64,000 bases of DNA. Source: the human T2T-CHM13v2.0 reference genome, Homo sapiens. The stretch lies in assembly GCF_009914755.1 (NCBI RefSeq), contig NC_060936.1, one strand, 5' to 3'. This document shows, piece after piece, positions 58,632 through 64,000 of the stretch (position 1 is the stretch's first letter; each line of letters begins with the position of its first letter). Made by a program: the position numbers and the translations under genes. The notes beneath the pieces are model-generated. The model was not told the origin of the DNA and made no database searches. It was given only the letters and a program-made list of their open reading frames with translations.

Positions 58632-59460
58632 ATCAGTGTTCCTCAAACTTTTTCTAATTATCCCCTAAATAAACGTTTAAGATATTTTTTCCTAACCACT
58701 ATAGTATCTAATTTTCTTTTTTACCTCTGTCATTCAAAAGATACCCGGATGGCTAGATAGTAGAAAGGAGAGTTTTATTAGCAATAATTGGTTTTCAAGC
58801 CAGGAAAAGAATGTCTCCAGCATAGACCAAAGGTGCTCTGTTTTTGTAGAGGGGAAAGACAGGTTGGGTTATATGCCTGGCAAGGTTTGTACAGTCATAA
58901 ATATTCAGCAGGTTTGAAGGGAAAGCTATACATATCTATGAGGGGAGCAGAGTGCATGCCCAATGGGCAAACATCCACATAACATACAGCCATGTTCACT
59001 TTTGGGCTGAGTTTTAGCATTAAAATGAGGTGGAATTTGGCTCTTTACATCAGAAGTTGAAGTATAGGATGCAAAGAGTTTGTGTGTAGCCTTTATAAGC
59101 TGCTGAAACTGGCCTAAGGTCTTCAGTAGTTTATCAGAAGAGAATGTTGATAAGGCTGATCCCCTGTCCAATCAGAGTTGCAGTGGTCTGGGTTGTAAAT
59201 CAGAGTTAGGACAACTTGCCTGAAAGCTCTTATTGTTAAGGAGGTTGGTGAGAGTGTGGTTTTTCTTGTAGGAATTTAGAAACGTGTCATGCCAGCCAGA
59301 CCCTGAATCCTCCACCCATAGGTTAACTTTGTTTCCTTAATCTTTAGGCCTGTCCTGATTGATAAAAAGGCATCTAACTTGGTCTAACTTGGTCTCTCAG
59401 ATCACACTCCCTAAAACCAATTTTTTCCTCTTTAGGGGGCAGTATCTCTCCTGTTGATAA
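58632..59460 (+). mobile_element. hAT MER (MER112-like) split by an LTR
   Basis: cagtgttcctcaaacttttt ... aaccaatttttt..tagggggcagtatc..gttgataatgtatg. Confidence 0.5.
58728..59406 (-). mobile_element. ERV1 solo LTR (MER39-like)
   Basis: Reverse complement begins tgtgatctgagagaccaa. Reverse AATAAA near 58776. TG/CA ends. Confidence 0.7.
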
Positions 59461-59734
59461 TGTATGTTCTATATGGTATGGTAAAGAGTAATACTAATAC
59501 AAGCTAGTTCCATGAGAATTAGTTCCTTGCTACATTTCTTTAGCCATAAAGTGTGTGTCCCTTGGTCAAAAAGATATTATATGTTGTACATGATGTCAAT
59601 ACGGTAAATGAGTCACTCTGTAAGTTCATAGATAGCCATGCTGGCAGAAGCATTGAGGACAGGAAAGGCAAATCTGGAATACATGTCTAGTTCAGTTAGA
59701 ATAAATTGTTATGTGCTCCAGGATAGAACACATT

Positions 59735-60065
59735 GATAACCACTCCAGAAATTAACCTCACTACTGCAGTCATAACCTTTATAAGAGGCCCAGACTAAAC
59801 AATGTGTTGAGTGGGTAACAGCTGGTCTCTTTTCTCAATTACTCCACTACTTTCTCAATGGACTTCTATACAAAGTGGTTTTGGTAACAGGCATGGAGGT
59901 TATGCATGGAATTAATATCAAAGACTAATGATAATCTGGCTTCCACCACTGCCAAGTGCCCAACCAACAATAGCAAAGGCTAATGTTAAACCCTTGGTAG
60001 AAAAGCATTCTCTTTGTAGAGATCAGTAATCTGCCTGGTAGGAAATGGATTATAGTGGTCCCACC
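59735..60065 (+). mobile_element. ERV-L integrase N-terminal remnant, inverted relative to the adjacent core
   Basis: Degenerate QSGFGNRHGGYAW / LASTTAKCPT / DYSGP motifs on the plus strand. Confidence 0.7.
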
Positions 60066-62928
60066 CAATGAACACTTGTACCTTATTCCTACTGTCTCCC
60101 TTGCCTCCATATGCAAAGGTTGGAATCTCAATTGGCATCTATCTTGAGACTCACAAATTCTTGATTGCCTTTTAACCTAACATTTGATTGCACTGTTTAC
60201 CATGAAAAAGTTCCCAAGTATTGAGGCTGACTTTTTAATTCTGGCCCAGAATTCATGACTATTGAGAAGGAAAGAAATAACTTTTACTCTATCTATATAA
60301 ATGAAACAAAGAACTTGTTTTCATATACTTCTAAAAGCTCATAAAATGGAATAATATAAATTATAAATGAAGTCAATCCTCCTACATCTATAATTGTTCA
60401 TATCATCAGGAATCTAACCGTATATCCAAAATAATAAGTTTTCAAGTAAAAATATAGTCTATGATTTATAATTATCCTCCTTTTAGGTTTAGGGGGAATT
60501 CTTCAGTAATTAATGCCTTTGAAGTCTTAATATCTGTTTTTGAATGCTCAAATTGAAACAAAGTAGAAGAGCAGGACTCTGTCAAATCTAGATTTGGGGA
60601 CTTAATGATAGTTGGTGAAAACAAGTTAAGTCTGTTTTCCTTATATCGTCTGAGAATAGGTTAGGGTAACCCACATTTATACTAGAGTATTGCATTTGTT
60701 TCCAAGTGATTCAGCTAAACACCATGTAGATTTTCCATTAGGTAATAGAATGTCCTTTCTTAAAATAGCTGTAGCCCAAAAAGCTATGTCGTGTGAGAAT
60801 GAAGTCAGAGAATTAATAAGGAGATCTGTACAGAGTACCTTGATCAATTTCTGAGGAGAAATGTATAACAAAGGATGAATCAAGGTCACTTTTCCTGATG
60901 TCACTCCCTCTGAGGAAGAGTTTGGCAGAACTGGGCCAACAGCGCCCAAGGGGAATGGGAGTTTGAAGCAATTGTCTAAATAATTCAGACTAAAAGGCAC
61001 ACTTGGGTTTTGAAAGTCACCCATATGTGCAGAAGGGGAATCTAAATGTATTGCATCTTGTTAGGAATGTATTAAAGTATCTCTTGGACACACATACTGA
61101 TATTGACGAAAAGGAGAAGTTTTATCACTGGAAAAACTAGGCTTATCTACATTAATCATATTAAATAAATGCTCAGTTTTCTTTCTAGTTTGCCCTATAG
61201 ATAGTCCTTTCATCCACATAAGAAGTACCAATAGTGTTCTTATATTCTAGCAATTATAATTCAGGATTTCTAAAATGATTTCCTCACTAAGTCTCATGAC
61301 TTTTCATCTGTAAGAAAAAAATATCAGTGTAGCTGATATGGATACAAAACAAAGCAGGAATAGAAGATGAAAGAGCGTCACCCATTTAATTCTGGAAAAT
61401 GAAAAGACTTCACAAGCTATAAAAAATCATTTTATTCACAGGGTACATTTACAAATTTTCTCCAAGTAAAGGAGGTAGAGAAATTGAGACTTACCGAACC
61501 TTCTCACTGCCAGCCATAATTACAATGAATACACCAAAGAAAAAGACATGTTTTTACAGCAAACCTCCTCCTATGACATTGCATTTAGATTCGGTGGAAA
61601 GAAGCAAGTCAGCAGAACCAACAGAGATAGATACTAATTTTTCTAATCACACCGTAGAAAGTACCAATTAAAGTTTTCTTTTTTACCTGCAACATTTTAG
61701 ATGAAACTCTACAAAAAGAATTGAGCACACTGATTTTCTCCACACTTTTTGCCAATGTAGGTTGGCTTTAATAGAAAGAAGCAATTCCATATACTCTTCA
61801 AAGGTGATTTCAATTTTATAGTTTAATCTAAAATTTTTCCCAGAATTATTATATCCATGAACTAGTAGTCAGATTATATTATATGAGAAAAAATAATGTT
61901 TTAATTTTTCTATTTTCTTAACTCCAGCCTCAAACTTTGCTCTTGAGAAATAGTTTGCACACATGTGGAATAATATTAAAATGTGCCATAATAGAATTAA
62001 AGAGACCAAAAAGACACCTTTTTCCCCAGTGCTTTTTAGACTGACTATGCTGCACGGTAACTGGAATTTTAGTAATATTTCAGACTTGTTAAAGATTAAG
62101 CAGGCTTTTTGATGGAGCTATATTTGTTCTCTTCTCTCTAGTGTCTCTATGATGTACCCTAGTGGCCATCAGACATCCTAAATTGTGAGTCCTGTATATT
62201 AATTATAAGGGGAGTGTCTATAGTAACCTATCAACACCCAACGGTGCTCAAGACTGAATGATAAACAGTGACAGATTGATTCCTTGCTTCCGGTGTTTAC
62301 TGGAGAAACAAACATTAATCCTCTTGCAGTTATCACCTATGGAGCTTCCTACTAGAAGGTTCTATGACTTCAATGAAGGATATTTACATACTATTATCAG
62401 ACTTCTCCAAGGCCTATAAACTATTGTGCATTTCTATAAAATAGTCACATTTGCTACATTTATAGGACTTCTTGATAATAACGATACAACTTGGAACAGA
62501 CATGATTACATCTCTAAAGTGACAGAGGTATATGAAGGAAACACATAAGGAAGTAGGGGTCAAGCCAGAAAAAGTTAAGGCACCCTCTGCCACTCCCCAC
62601 TCCCACTGAATCAACCATCTCCCTCTTCTCCACAGGTAAAGGGCTTATGTGTGTTTGTGTTGTGTACACTAGAATACAGGGTAGAAAATGCATCTAAGTC
62701 AGCTTAAGTAATCATGGATACAAAAGCCTGTTACTGAAGTAATTGTGGAAGCAGGGTTAGAACCTCCTGTTCTAACTCTAGCTATGCATAGCCCACTTTC
62801 CAAGGTTGAGGGTCAAAGTGACACTTGCTGCTATCACTGCCTCATCATGACAGATGTAAATAATAATCTTATTTGGGGAATATGTACCAAAGTACAGACA
62901 AAAAAGGGCTATGAAAACAGGAGTGTGG

Positions 62929-63418
<490 letters not shown>

Positions 63419-63499
63419 TCACACTGCTTCCTCTAGCATCTTTTCTCTCTTTTTTTTTCTGTTTGTTGTTTTGTTTTGTTTTGTTTTGTTTTTTGTAAC

Positions 63500-63635
63500 C
63501 AGGTAAAAGCAGGAACACAGTCCCCCATTACCACAAATTATGCAGGCAACATTCCAACATTTGGGGAAATCGCAGGGGCCAGCACATCAGGTGTGCAATG
63601 GATAAGCTTCACCCAGAGAAAACTATTCATTATTA
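63500..63635 (-). pseudogene. U1 snRNA retropseudogene (5' end missing), with polyA-derived (AAAAC)n tail at 63440-63495
   Basis: Reverse complement of U1: gcttatccattgcac, cccctgcgatttccccaaatg, Sm site ataatttgtgg, 3' stem ggggactg...cctg. Confidence 0.92.
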
Positions 63636-64000
63636 ACCATAACAGCTGGATGACAAGATATTTCCTTTAAAATATTTCAAAAAGGTTCCATTCTTGAGGC
63701 TGCACTCAAGGTCAACAGCCTCTTCCTTGCTTCCTGCTGAACTCTCTTCTGAGATCACTCCCAATCATCTTTTCAAATTAAAACCAAGATTTTGTCTCTC
63801 TTTTTTTCAGTTTGGTTAAACCTTTTTTTATTACAATTTTCTGTTCGTAATGCTGTGCAGATAAAATAGACATTAACTGATTCTTACTTTTCTTTGCCTT
63901 GGATTATATCACATCTCTTAGATGTTTATTGGTGTTGTGTGAAGCATACATTTTAAAAATAAACATCAAAAGAAAGTTTAATTACATAGAAGCAGAAAGA

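Larger units (their letters stand above)
58430..59730 (-). mobile_element. ERV-L pol (integrase) remnant, interrupted by a hAT MER and an LTR
   Basis: Minus translation QFILTELDMYSRFAFPVLNASASMAIYELTE..DQGTH resembles the ERV-L integrase core. Confidence 0.75.
54290..62513 (-). pseudogene. Candidate unprocessed pseudogene or spliced lncRNA; exons 62513-62392, 62299-?, 61708-61687, 61570-61495, 61307-60419, 60258-60155, 54643-~54290
   Basis: Successive strong minus-strand acceptors/donors (e.g. TCG|gtaagt, ctgatatttttttcttacag|, TTT|gtgagt, ctctttctcttttctttgggtag|). AATAAA at 54309-54314. Long protein-like frames (ORFs 60677-61024, 54391-54678) are broken by stops. The exon block 60.1-62.6 kb is TE-free. 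Confidence 0.5.

Overview
Primate (most likely hominoid/human) genomic DNA, AT-rich and dominated by nested interspersed repeats. These include a full-length L1PA3-like LINE-1 (4578-10620, mutated ORF1/ORF2, open antisense ORF0), a full-length L1PA7-like element (14226-20750), a twin-primed 5'-inverted L1PA7 (646-2816), several truncated L1PA and old L1M copies, about 18 Alus, MaLR/ERV LTRs, an ERV-L integrase remnant, Tigger/MER DNA transposons, a pogo/Tc2 transposase fossil and a U1 snRNA retropseudogene. I found no intact cellular protein-coding gene. The non-repeat islands are the most interesting part. They contain minus-strand exon-like units with good splice signals and stop/frameshift-riddled coding potential: a 7-exon cluster at 62.5-54.3 kb, a second cluster at 34.5-32.1 kb, exon-like bits at 3.35-0.1 kb, and a degenerate PRD-class-like homeobox exon at 27.1-27.3 kb. 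These suggest one or more fossil (unitary-pseudogene) genes. Repeat subfamily names come from recalled consensus motifs and were not run through RepeatMasker/Dfam.
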